Shown: positions 37,912 to 51,503, numbered from the whole stretch's first letter. The stretch: DNA of 63,757 nucleotides, filler included, from Choristocarpus tenellus KU-1152 (GCA_964200185.2; 12 parts of 12 records of this genome joined end to end with filler, not necessarily neighbours in it); one strand, 5' to 3'. Notes: generated from the letters alone by a model not told the origin. Translations and numbers: made by a program.

Positions 37912-40574
37912 TTGTGTGGATTGGAAATGGGGGTTTGGTACATTCTTCACACCTGTATTTGTTGTACCATAACTGTGTACTTCAGTATACAGTCAGCAAG
38001 GAGGCACTGTGTGATATAATTTGTTTCTCACTATGAACTCCCGCTTCCCTCCCTGGGTTCACTGTTCCTTGTTTTAGAGTGTAACTTTGACCATGTTCCC
38101 CTTCCTTAATTTCATACCTCAAATCCGTCCCTAACCCCAATCCGCTTGCTTCTTCTGGCAGGGAAGGATGGGGAGACGTGTTACTGCCTGAACGACGGTG
38201 TAGTGACAATAAAGGAAGTCATTAAGACAGGTTATTGGGGGATTTTCAATGCTGCGGGGATTCTTGCAGAGTTTAAGGTAGTTGGTACATTCGTGGCCAC
38301 TCCACTTTCAGGAATGAGTTGGAATGAGGAAGCAGAGGAGGGTACAGAAGCTTCTCCTGCCTGATGCTCACAAGTTTTAAACTTCCTACTTCTGATGGTG
38401 ATTAGTACTCTACCTTTGTAGAATTGTTTTTTTTAGTAGATCTGTAGGGCAGTATGTTGCAAGCTGTAGGGGGTATTGTTGAAGAGTTGCCCTTTTGAGA
38501 GGATTGGAATACACTCCTGCGTTGTGTGAGATGGAGGCAAGCTTCTTCTAGTCCAACAACTGCGTATCGAGGGGTAGATGATTGCACTGCATTACATCTA
38601 GTGGATACTTTTATTGACAGAGATGCTCCAAAAAATTGCCCGGACCCTCAATTGATCTTGTTCATCCTCCCCTCCCAGACAATTTGCCACCCGTGGCTTG
38701 GAGTCCATAGTCCCTCCTAACCTGCCCCATCCCGTACTCCTGTGCCTGACCATGCCCGTACTTCAGCCTTTGCCCTAGACCCTGGCCAGTGTTCCGTCTT
38801 GTGGCCTCATTCCTCCAGTGCCCGCACTCCTGCTTCTTCCTCTGCACAAGAAAGATCAACAGGGGTGTGTTGGAAGAACTGTGGGAGAGGGATTCAGCAC
38901 ATTGCACATTTTCAAGTCCTTGACCTTTCTTTGTATCTCTCAACGCACCAGGAAGTATACACTATCATTGTACCATGTGCACATACATACCATCATAATT
39001 CCATCCACATCACACTATTATTGACCTTGCGCGATTTCATGCATCAGGGTAATGTTTATCTACCCCAAAATTTGAACAGACTTCAGAAGCTTATTGAAGT
39101 GCGTTGGGAATGATTTGTTATCGTGATCTTGATGATTCGTTTTTGTACTGTGTAGTATGTGGGTGTATTCTGGTTACCAATAATCGATTTTATACACACT
39201 AAACTATGGCTTCATTCTTTCTAGTCTAGGTCTCAGGTGGACAGAGCAAATCCTTCATGACTACACATGCAGTGACTCTAAACATTGACAGTAAGAGAAA
39301 TGGAGCGTACCAGTAGCAATCACTTTTTGAGCCAAATGAAGTTGGCACTATGGGTAGTGATTTCTACGAACTGACTAAGCCATTGAGCGGCACTGCATAT
39401 TACAGCAGTACACACTACAGATTAGTGGTCTTCGCCTCGTCAATTTTGGGTCAAGCCCATCCTCAATGAAAAGCTCCATCCTCAATTTTTGAAATCGGCT
39501 GTTATCAAAGGGGTGCTACACACACCATTGTTTATAGCAATGGCAATGACCGAAAAATATAGACAGCGGAAGTATGCCAGGAGAGACAAAGATATAAGAT
39601 GCTTCTCCAACTCACCAAAATCAATCGAGCAACTGAATGAATCATAGATTGGCAAAACTTAAACCGAAATGGACAAATTCCAGTTTCTGCTAATGCTCTT
39701 GAATCAGCAAGATGTATCGAGGGTTCTCCACACATCAACATGGTGCTAACAAGACACATGTTCTGGTCTAGTCAATGTGAGGGTGTGCCCTTTGCTCGTG
39801 GAGATACTCATTACACCTAAGTTGATTCGAAACCCTAGACCTACAGCACCACAAACCATTCCAAAGACCACCCCTTCTTGCAAGTGTGGTGTGAAATGAG
39901 TTTAGTGTGTTGACTCACAGTGGTGTGCTCATCTACGACTGTATCATCAAGTTCCTCATTAGGCAACCCCGTTCCAGGATGTGCAGGCTCCATGGAAGAT
40001 TGGAACGTAACCTTTCTTGAGCAACTAGATCCTGACAAAACAAAAAATAAATAAGGGTATATTGAGCGTATGCATGAAAATGAAAGAGACGACAAAATGT
40101 TTATTCTGATTCATTGAAGCAGATGCCCATGAAAGAGTAAGTGGTCCATCCTTCCAAATGTTGTAGGCCTTGCTCGCCGTGATTCAGTATGTAGAACAAC
40201 TCATGTCGATAGAGCACCCCTTGGGCATGAAGTCTCTCGCCCGGGTTGCGCAAAAGAAATGTTCAACGCGACTTTGCCCGATGCGAAGATCTGAGGACAG
40301 CACACTGGGATCGCTTGTCAAAGGTATACAAATAATATATTTCGGATACATTGGGAATTGAACTGAATCGACCTTGCAAAGATGTTCACTTAAAGTAGAA
40401 GGGCGACTACTTCTAGGTCGAAAGGTGGTCAGAACATATGAGCCGAAAAGGAAAGGTAATAAGTTTCGTGCAGTTCACGCCACAGATCAAGGCTGAAAGA
40501 GGTGTGCTACAGGTGATACCTTGTCACGAACCTCCCGAAGAACGGAATCGTTGGCGAAAAAAAGAGGGTCAAGC

Positions 40575-41142
40575 ATGGTTGAAAAGATACATGAGGTAAC
40601 TGCCCCAAGGCTGGAAGAGGGGACACTAACAATTGGGGTCATCAGAGCATCCAAACTCTTCCACATGATCTCTGGCCTCTTACTAGCAAATGACGGAAAA
40701 TTCTCGAGGGAGGAAAGGTTTGCCCGGGTGACTTCAGGAAACATGCAAGAGCTAGTTGCATGGCGACTAGAACGATACCAGAGGACCAGCAGACGTAGGG
40801 AGGCCCCCAAGTCCCGCCAGGAACGCGCTGCAACTCTGGGTCACCACCACAGAGGAATTTCCAAGGGAGCGAGCGTGCTCCTAGCACAACCCAGGGTCCC
40901 AGGGACGGAGGAGACTTTCAATAAACTGGTCCCTAAATACCCGATTGAGAACCAAGACGAGCTTAGGCAGGCCATCACGGACGCAAAAGACATGGTACAA
41001 AGAAATGCAACATCTGGGGAACAAAGGTACTTCCCCCCTGAAGAGGAGTACACCCCCACCTCCTTTCGAAAAGCCTTCATGAGGGCTAACAGCAACTCGG
41101 CACCAGGCCCTGATGGGATGTGCCCAAGCCACATCAGATCAG
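40575..41142 (+). mobile_element. Non-LTR retrotransposon (CRE/R2-type) ORF fragment, region just N-terminal to and including RT motif 0
   Basis: Open frame to the contig end with RASKLFHMISGLLL..RF, GISKGASVL..PGTEETFNKL..KYP and SAPGPDG, typical of RLE-clade non-LTR RT N-termini. Confidence 0.8.
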
Positions 41143-41404
41143 NNNNNNNNNNNNNNNNNNNNNNNNNNNNNNNNNNNNNNNNNNNNTTAATTAATTAANN
41201 NNNNNNNNNNNNNNNNNNNNNNNNNNNNNNNNNNNNNNNNNNCCCCCCCCCCCCCCCCCCCCCCCCGGCCAAAAAATAACCAACTACAACATAGCAAGCC
41301 ATTGGGTCAAGAAGGTGATCCTTCAATATAAATTCCACACACAAGAAAGAAACCCAACACAAATCAAGAGTCATTCAAACCCAAACCCTATCCCTGGTGC
41401 TCAC

Positions 41405-44400
41405 CGCAGGAATACGTTGACATTCAGGGTGATCTGATCGGCTATCTTTGTGCAGTCACTGGAGAGGCGGCTTGTGAGATCGCCTGTCTTGGTGGTGTCA
41501 AAGAAGCCTATCTCCTGGTGCATGAGTGAATCGTACAACCTGGATCTGATGCGAACATCAACACTTGCTCCAACCGTAGTAAAGATCCCTCCTCTAAATA
41601 AATAAAAAATAGATACACACGTAATACACATACAGAAAGACAAAAAGAGATTTCACAAAATAGACATCTAATGTCAGATTTAGGGTACAGATATCAGATG
41701 TCAGGGTTAGGGTATCGATATCATACATCTGGGTTAGGGTACAAGCATCAGATATCTAGGTTAGGGTACAGATATCAGATGTCAGGGTTAGGGCATCGAT
41801 ATCATACATCTGGGTTAGGGTACAAGCATCAGATGTCTAGGTTAGGGTACAGATATCAGATGTCAGGGTTAGGGTATCGATATCAGATGTCTAGGTTAGG
41901 GTACAGATATCAGATGTCAGGGTTAAGGTATCGATATCATACGTCTGGGTTAGGGTACAGATATCAGATGTCAGGGTTAGGGTATCGATATCATACGTCT
42001 GGGTTAGGGTACAAGCATCAGATGGCAAGGTTAGGGTAACGGTATTATACGTCTGGGTGAGGTACATGGTGTTTCCTCCGTCAGTACCATTCTATATATT
42101 GTCTGTAAACAAAAAAAGGATTGAAACTTATATTCTCACCAAAGTTAACCATCACAATAGTTACTACCCTGGCAACACAGTGTAGAAGGGACCTAAACTG
42201 AGATAAGGGATCATTCCATTGGTGTAAATGTTCCTCTTCACAGCGAGTGGGGTGTCATAACTATTCAATTCAATTAATTCAATTCAAAACCTGACCATGA
42301 AAAATAATTTAACTATTCTGTTTCAAAAAGAATAAAAAATATTATATTATTTTAAAAAATTGAGAATAACAAATTTCAATTTTCTTAAATAAGATCCAAA
42401 AAAGAAATTCAGCTACATCCTCATGATTGAATCCAGAGACTTAAAAAATAAACAATCACTACTAAACACCACCATCCACATATACATCAGTATCCTGCAC
42501 ATACATACACACACGCCACATATGCTACAAAATATTATCATTATTATTCTGCCACAAAAATTGTATAGTGCAAAAAATGGCAACACACAGACACACACAT
42601 ACAAACACAGGATCTCTCCCATCAGACCTACACATCATCAACCCAGCCAAAATCCAACAAGGTACTAAAGGATGCTCTCCCCCCCCTCTTAATTATTAAT
42701 ATTCTCAACACAACACACACACACCATTTACATTCAATTGAGGGTGATGCTTAAACAACTAATGAAAAGAAAAAACTGCAAGCGCAGTGGAAATCAAATA
42801 AAATAAAATAAAACTTTAAAAAAGCGATAAAAAATAATAAAAAAAAACACCACAACCTACCTGACTCCGGAGAACAGAGCACAAAAGAAAGCTGCAATGA
42901 CGAGGTTCCTGGTAGACCTTCGGAAAGATGCATCATCACCTGACCAAGATGCACATACATACATACATACATGCACACATACATACGTACATACATATAT
43001 ATATACATATGCACACACATACATACACACATAAACAAAGGAGGTAAGGAGGTACCATCAGAACAGGAAATAGGGTTAGGGTTAGGGTCAGGATTAGGTA
43101 GGGTTTACCTCAAGGTGGGAGGAGCACGAAGAAGTAGCATCTAACCCTAACCCTAACTAAACTAAACCAGGTATACTAGGGCATAGCACCAAGCAAGAAT
43201 ATTATTATTATTAATAATAACAATAATAATAGTAATCATAACTATACTACTACTACTACTAATATTAATAACAATACTACTACTACTACTAATAATAACA
43301 ATAATAATAATAACTATACAACTACTACTACTAATAATAATAATAATAAAAATTATCGGTATTACTGCACGGTACTACCACTACCGCCTAAAGAAACTTA
43401 CGACAGAATAAGGTATTGATTTTGGAGGTATACCTTATAAAACCAAACAAAAATACACCAATCTCCCCAGCGCATCTGCTTGACAGGTAACGTCAGATTT
43501 GGGCCAGAAATCATCAGCCTGGTATAATTTTTTTTATTGCAATTCTTACTATTCTTACTATTGGTATGTAAGACAAGCACGACCGTGTTCATGGACCGGG
43601 TTGTGGACCATTCCCCGATAGTTCCACTTGATGTTGAGTAAAGAAATTCAAGGGTTAGGGGAGCGGCACGATTCTTATTGACAATGTTGTTCACTTGATG
43701 TATATGTAACCTCTCTGCACACACACACACACACACTGCCTGCCGATGATCCATCACATCACATCACATCACATCACATCACATCACATCACATCACATC
43801 TTGCACACACCGTACCTAATGAGAAAAAAATATAAAAAATGAATTACATGATGGAGAGAGAGACAAGGTGCCCTTTTTTTTTAATTCTCAAGCCAAGGGT
43901 AAAAAAAATCAACCTCCTACTGCGACCAACAACACTACTAACTATTAGTAACAAAAAACTATTAACTAATCCAAGACCATACATCTATTCAGCAGAGGTC
44001 AATGACACTGTGTACACACATCAAACACGTTGATACCATTTACAAAACTATAATCACAACATTCATTACCTCCAGTCCAATCCAATCCAGTACACCTTCT
44101 GACAAAATATGTTGAAACAAGGTTGTATTTTATTTTATTTTATCCATCTACACTACCAACAAAACCCTCCACTTCAAATAAATTAATTCATTAATTTATT
44201 AAAAAAAATTAATAAACGCACTCATGGGAGAGGTTAACTTCAACAAGTAGAAAATAAATAAAATAATAAACAATAAGATAAACAAAAACTGAAGGGAGGA
44301 TACTCCTACACCGCCTATCAAAAAAAAACAAAAAAACACACACACATACAAACACAAACACATACACACACAAACACACACATACACATACACAAGGTTT

Positions 44401-47400
44401 AAAAAATAAAGGCACAGCGCTGGTACGATACACTTACAAATCATATCCCACCCACCCAACAAGGTCAAAACCATCACGATAAGAAGAACAAAGGACCCAA
44501 ATCAAGAAGGATCACGCCATTATCACTAGTCAGCTGGTGGAGGTTGACCTCCATCGACTGACAAGACGAGGGAATCCAAATAAGATAAAATAAGATAAAA
44601 CCAACAGGGAGTTACACGCAATGGAAATGAGTATTGTGGGCATTGGTATCAAAAAATGGGCTACATACATAGAACCTGTGAACAGAGATCAAGACACCAC
44701 ATTTGAACTCAGCAAGCCTTTGACTTAGACTTGGACTTAGACTTGGAATTAAGGATAGGGTTAAGGTTAGGGTTAGGGTTTGGGTTAGGGTGACATGATC
44801 AACATTCAAATTGTAACGTCTGGAATTCCTTCCATATATAGAACCTGTGAACAGAGATCAAGACACCACATTTGAACTCAGCAAGCCTTTGACTTAGACT
44901 TGGACTTAGACTTGGAATTAAGGATAGGGTTAGGGTTAGGGTGACATCATCAACGTTCAAATTGTAGCGTCTTCAATTCCTTCCAACTCTAGAACAAGTC
45001 AGGCATGTCTCACTCTCTAACATCCCTCAAATATCAAAATCCCTAATCCTAGTCCCTTAGTGTATATATATAGTATACACACGTACTAACATGTATACAT
45101 TGTCAAGTATAAAGCTAGAGTAAGAGTAGATGGAGTGTAAGCATGGTACACAAATTTCTCTTAACAAACTAAGAACAAAATGACTGCACTACATCAGTCC
45201 TGTAACCATCAGCATCAACAGCTGCAATTCACACACAAAAAAATATATCAGAGGTAGCACAGTGAACATCACAACAGGAATGTAACAAAAAAACTCTCTG
45301 GGCACACCGTAAGAAGGTTGCCCATCAGGCACACCAACACATCGGACTACCGCTATGTGTGTACTGGTGTGGAGTGTACAGGCGTGTTTACTCCCCTCTC
45401 CCCAGTCATCATCCCCTTGCCATCCTGCTCACCTGTCTCCACAACGTTGTCGATCATCTCTCCTGTGTATCTAGGGATCATCACCTGCCAGGTTTGGGAA
45501 TACATTAAATCCAAATATGAAATGGATCACGCTTGACATACACAGTTACATCACTCGAGAGCAAGATTTTTTATAATCAACTCACAATATATTGATAATT
45601 ATATTACATCAATGACCAATGGTCCTCACAAAAAAGGTAGCTCTGTAGCACCACTCTGTGAGTGGTGCTACAGAGCTACCTACCACAACATACCGACACA
45701 GAACGACTACCTCATTCATCTCCTCATCCACAGCACAGTCCATGCACCTTATAATGACAAAATTTCTGTAGCACTACAGACCACCCCGAAGAGCTACCAA
45801 CAGCAATACACCACCACAGACTAATTCTAATACTGCCTGCATTGATACTCTACTCATGCACCATCCAAAAGAAAAATCTCCTAAGTTTATTTTTAATTTT
45901 TCCCACTGTGCCCTTAGTTACCAAACTATTGAAGCAACACCAAGTACACAGGAAGAATAAATATAAATATAAATATAAATATAAAAATAAGATAAAAATA
46001 AACATAAAAAATAAGTATAAATATAAATATAAAAATAAGTATAGCGGAGCGAGAAGTATACACAGTTCAAAAATAAATAATAAAAAAAACACTGGACCGA
46101 TGTATATTTCCATGCACAAGTACTCTATCTCACAATTGAAACTGTTGATCAGCAGCAACGAGAGAAGCATGACAATGGAAACATTAACATTCCCCACAAC
46201 TCAACCCACACATACACATCTACATACACAAGAAACAACCAACATTTTATTTCGTTTTTCTGACTTGTCCAGACCGGATCCAGCAAGTATTGGAACCTGT
46301 CAGGTCAGCAGACGGGACAGATGCTGTTTTCCAAAAAGTCTGGACACAGTCCACGAAGAAACGGAACCGTCAAGTCTATGGGCTAAGGAGGTCCAAGAAA
46401 TTTCCAAAATGTCCAGGACTACGACGTCCGAGACTGGTTCAGGACCGGACCGGGGACCACCGTGTGGTCTCATGAAAATATAGATGATACAAAGACAGAG
46501 ATACATTAGTCCAATCACAGTTAAATTTCGCACAACAGGAAAGAAAGTTTCATGAGAGGATATATATATAATATACAGTTATTCCCATATCTATTTGGGA
46601 AATTTGTGACATTTTAATTACGCCAACCCAACCCATCTTATTCGCCCGGTGGAGTTAAATGTATTTTTGATACTCGACCGTGAACTGAATCAAGGTAAGA
46701 CGGACAAGGGCAGACTCTGTACCAAGACAATCTGAGAGGACTGGTATGCACATGTCAAGTGTTTTAACATGTCTAAGCATACAGGCCAGCCTGCCCCACA
46801 ATCATGCCCCAGAACCTGGCCATGCCAACTACCCCAACTAATGGAAAAACCCTGATTTGAATTGGGCAGACAGTAGTATGACTTGTGGATATCAAAATAA
46901 TCATCTAGCCATGCTGCCACTATCTTACATCTCTAATACCTAAGGTAAAAATTCACAATTGGGAAAAAAAATAATTGTTTAATTGGACAGATGTCATCAG
47001 TACCTTAATGTGAGATCAAAAAAATATTTAAGTAGAGACACCCACCAGGCGACACAAAGGTTAATGAGAGGCAGCATCACAGAGTAGTCTCTTTGGAGAG
47101 TGTTGGCCTACACGATACTATAATCTATTTCTTTTCACTCTCCCATTTCTCCAAAAAAAAGTATTTTAACACAAAAACGAAAAATATCATCTTTGCAAAC
47201 AAGCTACAAGTAGAGGCTAAGGCTCTACAGCGCTATGCTTTTCCAATATCAGGGTCATTATCAAGTACATTGCATACTACTGTCCACACCTGTCTCACAA
47301 GACACAATTGGAATAAAGAGACAATAACAAAAACAAGATAATATATTTTAAAAGTAATGCCAATATATATATATATATATAATCAAGTTTTCAAATATTA

Positions 47401-48487
47401 AATAAGTTACTATTAAGAAAATTAGTGTTGTGTGAACTGAAAGAATCAAAGAACGCACCTACCTTCTTCAAGGGGTCGAAACAGTCCAATCACAAGAAGA
47501 TGATAAGCTATTTTTAAACGATATTCCATGTCGAATACACTCTGCCCATTTATCAACCTATCAAAAGGGTGGAACAAAAAACATGAAAAGAAATGTACGT
47601 AACACTTCCTTACAAGCCAAAATAAATGGTCTTTTCTCAAAACTAATCCAAAGATTAAACAACCAGAAGCAATTCATTTCGAAGGAATATATAAAAGTCA
47701 GCTAGACCTGTTGCTGTGCTCCCCCCGAATAAATGCACAAAAGGGAGCCCTACTTCAACAAAAACTCAGGAAATAAAAAAAGAGACGAAATTATCACCGC
47801 AACACACACACAACTACATCTAGTGATAAAAATAAATAAATAAATACATAAATAAAAAAAGAAGTTCGGTCTCACATCTATCCACTAATCAAGCAACAAC
47901 AAAAAATAAATAAACATAAAATAAAAAAGATACAATGTACGTACGGAAAGGAGGAGGTAGCGTTCGCCAATTTTGTTCTGATGATTACTTCATCAGAACA
48001 ACCAGGGTAAATAAAAAATTAAATAAAAAAGTATTGAAGACAATACCTGCAAAAAAATAAAATTAAATAAAAAAGTACTGAAGACAATACCCGCAAAAAA
48101 AAACTTAAAAACTTTTCAAAAATAAAAAATAATAGTAAAAAGTATTGAAGACAATATCCGCGAAAAAATATATTTTCAAAAATAAAAAATAATAGTAAAA
48201 AGTATAGAAGACAAATCCGCGAAAAAAAAACTTGAAAAAATAAAAAATAAAAAAATAAAAACACACCTGCGCAACCGCAGCAAAGATCAGCGACGTTATG
48301 GCCACCGAAATGAACTTCCAGTCTTCCGAACAAAGCTTGACCAAGTTTATTATCGAGGCCTTGTACTTCTTCCCCTCCTGCCCCTCCACACCTTCCCCCC
48401 TGGTCTCAGCGGCAAGAACAGACTCCAGGTCACCCCTACAGTCCGCACGATACAGTTTCCAGTACCGGCTAGCATTTGCCGTGAAGG
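41405..48487 (-). CDS. ABC transporter subfamily B half-transporter (TAP/ABCB9-like), partial: N-terminal part of the ABC transmembrane domain
   Basis: Four exons with AG/GT ends and matching phases: 48487-48267 (..KYKASIINLVKLCSEDWKFISVAITSLIFAAVAQ), 45484-45433 (VMIPRYTGEMIDNVVET), 42939-42861 (GDDASFRRSTRNLVIAAFFCALFSGVR), 41593-41405 (GGIFTTVGASVDVRIRSRLYDSLMHQEIGFFDTTKTGDLTSRLSSDCTKIADQITLNVNVFLR). IPxYTG, QEIGFFD and TGDLTSRL motifs are typical of TAP/ABCB9-type proteins. Cut by contig ends on both sides. Confidence 0.93.
41671..42058. repeat. 27-bp minisatellite (~14 units, consensus ATGTCAGGGTTAGGGTACAGATATCAG) in the last visible ABCB intron
   Basis: Direct tandem periodicity, visible as the MSGLGYRYQ repeat ORF; three unit variants recur in an 81-bp higher-order pattern. 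Confidence 0.95.
43197..43350. repeat. (AAT/ACT)n microsatellite; others: (CT)n 6756-6783, (CA)n 8403-8441, (TG)n 9343-9433, (TACA)n 42953-43030, (CACAT)n 43755-43800, (AATATA)n 45956-46040
   Basis: Direct inspection. Confidence 0.9.
44669..44985. repeat. Tandem duplication of a ~150-170 bp unit containing a TTAGGG array
   Basis: 44669-44834 and 44838-44985 nearly identical except for TTAGGG copy number and a few substitutions. Confidence 0.92.
48017..48260. repeat. A-rich minisatellite (4 units, core AAAAAGTATTGAAGACAATA-CCGC) next to the ABCB exon donor
   Basis: Core recurs at about 48026, 48070, 48137 and 48197. Confidence 0.85.
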
Positions 48488-49017
48488 CTAATACACAAGT
48501 TCGGGGGAGGGGCAGGGATGGGGAGACGGAATCGGTTTGCTATCAAGGAGGGATGTTTATATATATATATATATATTTATTTATTTTTATTATTATTACA
48601 TATTTTTTCAAATGATACGTTAACGCAATACAAGAGCTGGGGGGGGGGGGGGGGTTTTTTTTTGACGACACGACGGATCCCTCTTTCCTTTTNNNNNNNN
48701 NNNNNNNNNNNNNNNNNNNNNNNNNNNNNNNNNNNNTTAATTAATTAANNNNNNNNNNNNNNNNNNNNNNNNNNNNNNNNNNNNNNNNNNNNATTAGGAT
48801 ATTCTTAGTTAAATAAAAATATATATAAAAAACATGAGGAAAAAAAAAAAAAAATGACACGCACCTGAGTTCCACCCACACGTGTTGAACACAACGCACA
48901 CACCTTCACTTTGCACACAGACTGTAACTTAGGATTTCTCGACACAACCCACCACACCCACAACCAACCCCGGCTTGACCCGCAAGGGCCTCATCCTCCC
49001 TTCGCAGCAGAGCATAC

Positions 49018-51503
49018 CTGTGCACTTGCCCAGGGAAAATCTCGCTGAAATAGGCCTTCAATGCCACTGAAGATCGGAGCTCCTTTGGCACCATCTCCAC
49101 CTTGCAGAGGACACAGGGATGGGGTGTCGGCAACATGGGACAGGTTGGAATTAGGGATGTAACCAGGGCGTTAATGTACGGTTAGCGACACCTCTCTCTA
49201 TCAAAAAAACATGAGATTGCTGCTGACAAACAATTGGAGAGGGATATTTCTTGTATGTTCTGGGATAAATGTGTACAGCCGTCGTCATGCTGTAGTAGGA
49301 AGGGCAAAGAGTATTACACTATTCTCTTGAAAAAGAAATGTGATACACGCCTTTGATCTCGACAGAAGAGCACATTTCATTTTCCAATTCTTATTGCTGT
49401 CCCTTGTGTTGTCTCATCATACCTAACCCTACCCCAAACCCACAATAGGTTTCATGCACAGCCTGTTCCATTCATAACCTAACACCCCGTAAATCACAAA
49501 AAGAGGGAAGCCTCCACCTTTACACACCCAGCCCCGCAACCCCACCCTTCTCTTGAACCCTCAACAATGGCACTACTGTTGCCCCCCCAAAAAAAAAAAA
49601 TGTAAACCAACAAATAGAACCAAGAGTTAGAACCACACCTTCACACTGTAACGTGTCTGAGCAGCAAAGTCAGGGTCCCCCTCAGCCAGGAACTTTTCCC
49701 TCAGCAATGCATAGGCCTTGTGCTCTGTCTTGAGTTCGTACAGCATGTGCCATGTGAAGAGGTATGCAAAAAATACAGCAAGCCACTGGCAGAAGAGACG
49801 GGTCAATTGTCAACCATTTTGCACAAAAGAGATTGTCACCGTTCAATTATGTTGTGCAATTACAGTACTACATCTGGACACTAATGCAGTACTGGTTTGG
49901 ATTGTCAGAAATGTAGCAAAGTTGTTGGATGAACATTTTCATGTTCCTCACCAGGAGGCTGCTCTTCGCTTCCACATTGTTCAGTGTGATCACGTAGAAA
50001 GTTGATGCATCGTTTGAACCGGTGGAGTACACAGGCGCCAGCACCAACATGCCCCAGAAGGATGCAAAGAGACATACCCGAAGGCACAGTCGATTGAAGC
50101 GTAGAAGGCAGTAGGCATCCATGCCTAATACCGAGTGCATGGGGGAGGGGGGGGGAGGAATCATCCTACGCATTATGTGGGAATTGGTGACACTGAAAAG
50201 GTGAGCACGGAAAGTAAGACATGGGGTGCAGGTCACATGCAGGTAAGCAACATGAAAAATATGGAAGCATCAAAAGAATTAGTGAGTGACCTGAACGGTA
50301 GTGCAGTAGCAGGGGGGGGAAGAGACTCCACACAAGGACTACTTCATGAGCAACAAATTCTATCAGTGTAAGACATTAGGTGATGGTGTGACAGTTACAT
50401 ACTCTGATACTATGTTCTTAGCCTTGTTGCTGCTTCCTTTTCCTCTGTAACATCTACAAATTATCAGGGGGCATCATACACACCACAAGGTTTGTTCTCT
50501 CTGCTTCAAAATGTTACTATCATAGCTCTTTGTACTTGATGTTAAATGGACTTGACGGAACAACTTTGCAGTTGTAAGTTCACTCGTTTCCACAAATGGA
50601 GGATAAACTTGGTTTGTTTTGTCTCACCACGTTCTACTTGCGTGTTACTACTTCCATACATTATCCCTTGCACTGTCCATGCCAAGCCCCAGGAGGCACA
50701 TAAAAATATGCTCCCTCCTCCTATAGTTGTGAACGTTCACTATCTTTTGGGGTATAACCGAGGTATGACCCCTCCAAAAAAAAGTGTGCATGACTACACT
50801 TCGAAACCGGATAATATATTAGGGCGAGGCGAGAGTGATGGTTTCCACTTAATAAAAGCGATTCTATAATTGGAATCACTGAACAGTTAATACCCATTGT
50901 CCCTTTTCTCGCCTTCAAGCATGCCATTTGCGATTGATCAATACAATCATGGAAGTCTGAAATAGATTCGCAAACAACTGCGGAATGAGACAGAGTGTGC
51001 TCTAAGATGGGAAATGCTTTTCAGGAGACTGTAGCTGAGTGTGAGTAGTATCTTGCACTGTAAGAGGCAGGCTGGAATAGCTTGGCACGTACAGAAAGGG
51101 AGCAGCCCTTCTGATATAATTCTGCTGTACTCTCAACCAGATGAAAACTGGCATCATAGTCGATGACGATTTACCTGAGAGTGAGCAACTAGCCAGGAAC
51201 AACGCTTCATGAAGCCTTGATAAAGAAAGATTTTCTCCTGCTGGTCAGAAAAACAATGGAACATCACATGCATCTATATTGTCTCTTCGTCTACTTCTCA
51301 CCTACCATGCGTAGAGTCTCCTCCCCAGATAGATTGAACACAGGACCCACCCATTGCAATATGCCTTTTGGTGTCAGCGGCGGGACTCTATGATTGTAAC
51401 GTTCAATGCGTGGACCATAGACGCTTCTCTTGTCACGCTTTGCCTCGAATATCAGCATCAAAACCACAAATATGAAGCCATTGAGTATAGCTGTAGTGTA
51501 GAT
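49018..51503 (-). CDS. OSCA: OSCA/TMEM63 (CSC1/ERD4-like) mechanosensitive Ca2+-permeable channel, 5' part
   Basis: Phase-consistent exons: 51503-51302 (IYTTAILNGFIFVVLMLIFEAKRDKRSVYGPR..GILQWVGPVFNLSGEETLRMV), 50124-49952 (GMDAYCLLRFNRLCLRVCLFASFWGMLVLAPVY..TLNNVEAKSSLL), 49785-49639 (WLAVFFAYLFTWHMLYELKTEHKAYALLREKFL..QTRYSVK), 49100-49018 (VEMVPKELRSSVALKAYFSEIFPGQVH). Matches the RSN1_TM region (VYxPR, GxDAY, VLxPV, LW) and the start of the cytosolic domain. 3' part lost at the contig end. Confidence 0.93.

Noticed and set aside
39919-40031. Isolated exon-like segment on the - strand
   Set aside because: Good splice signals but no partner exon or recognisable product.
41671-42039. 122-aa repeat ORF (MSGLGYRYQ)n, or a CRISPR-like array
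   Set aside because: Antisense within an intron; the frame is open only because the unit is 27 bp; no unique spacers and no cas genes.
45842-46483. 213-aa ORF with KYKYKN repeats
   Set aside because: Microsatellite-derived and antisense within an ABCB intron.
47973-48001. 12-bp hairpin (another at 44527-44560) as terminator or Helitron end
   Set aside because: Eukaryotic intron context, no downstream CTRR end; short stems are expected by chance.
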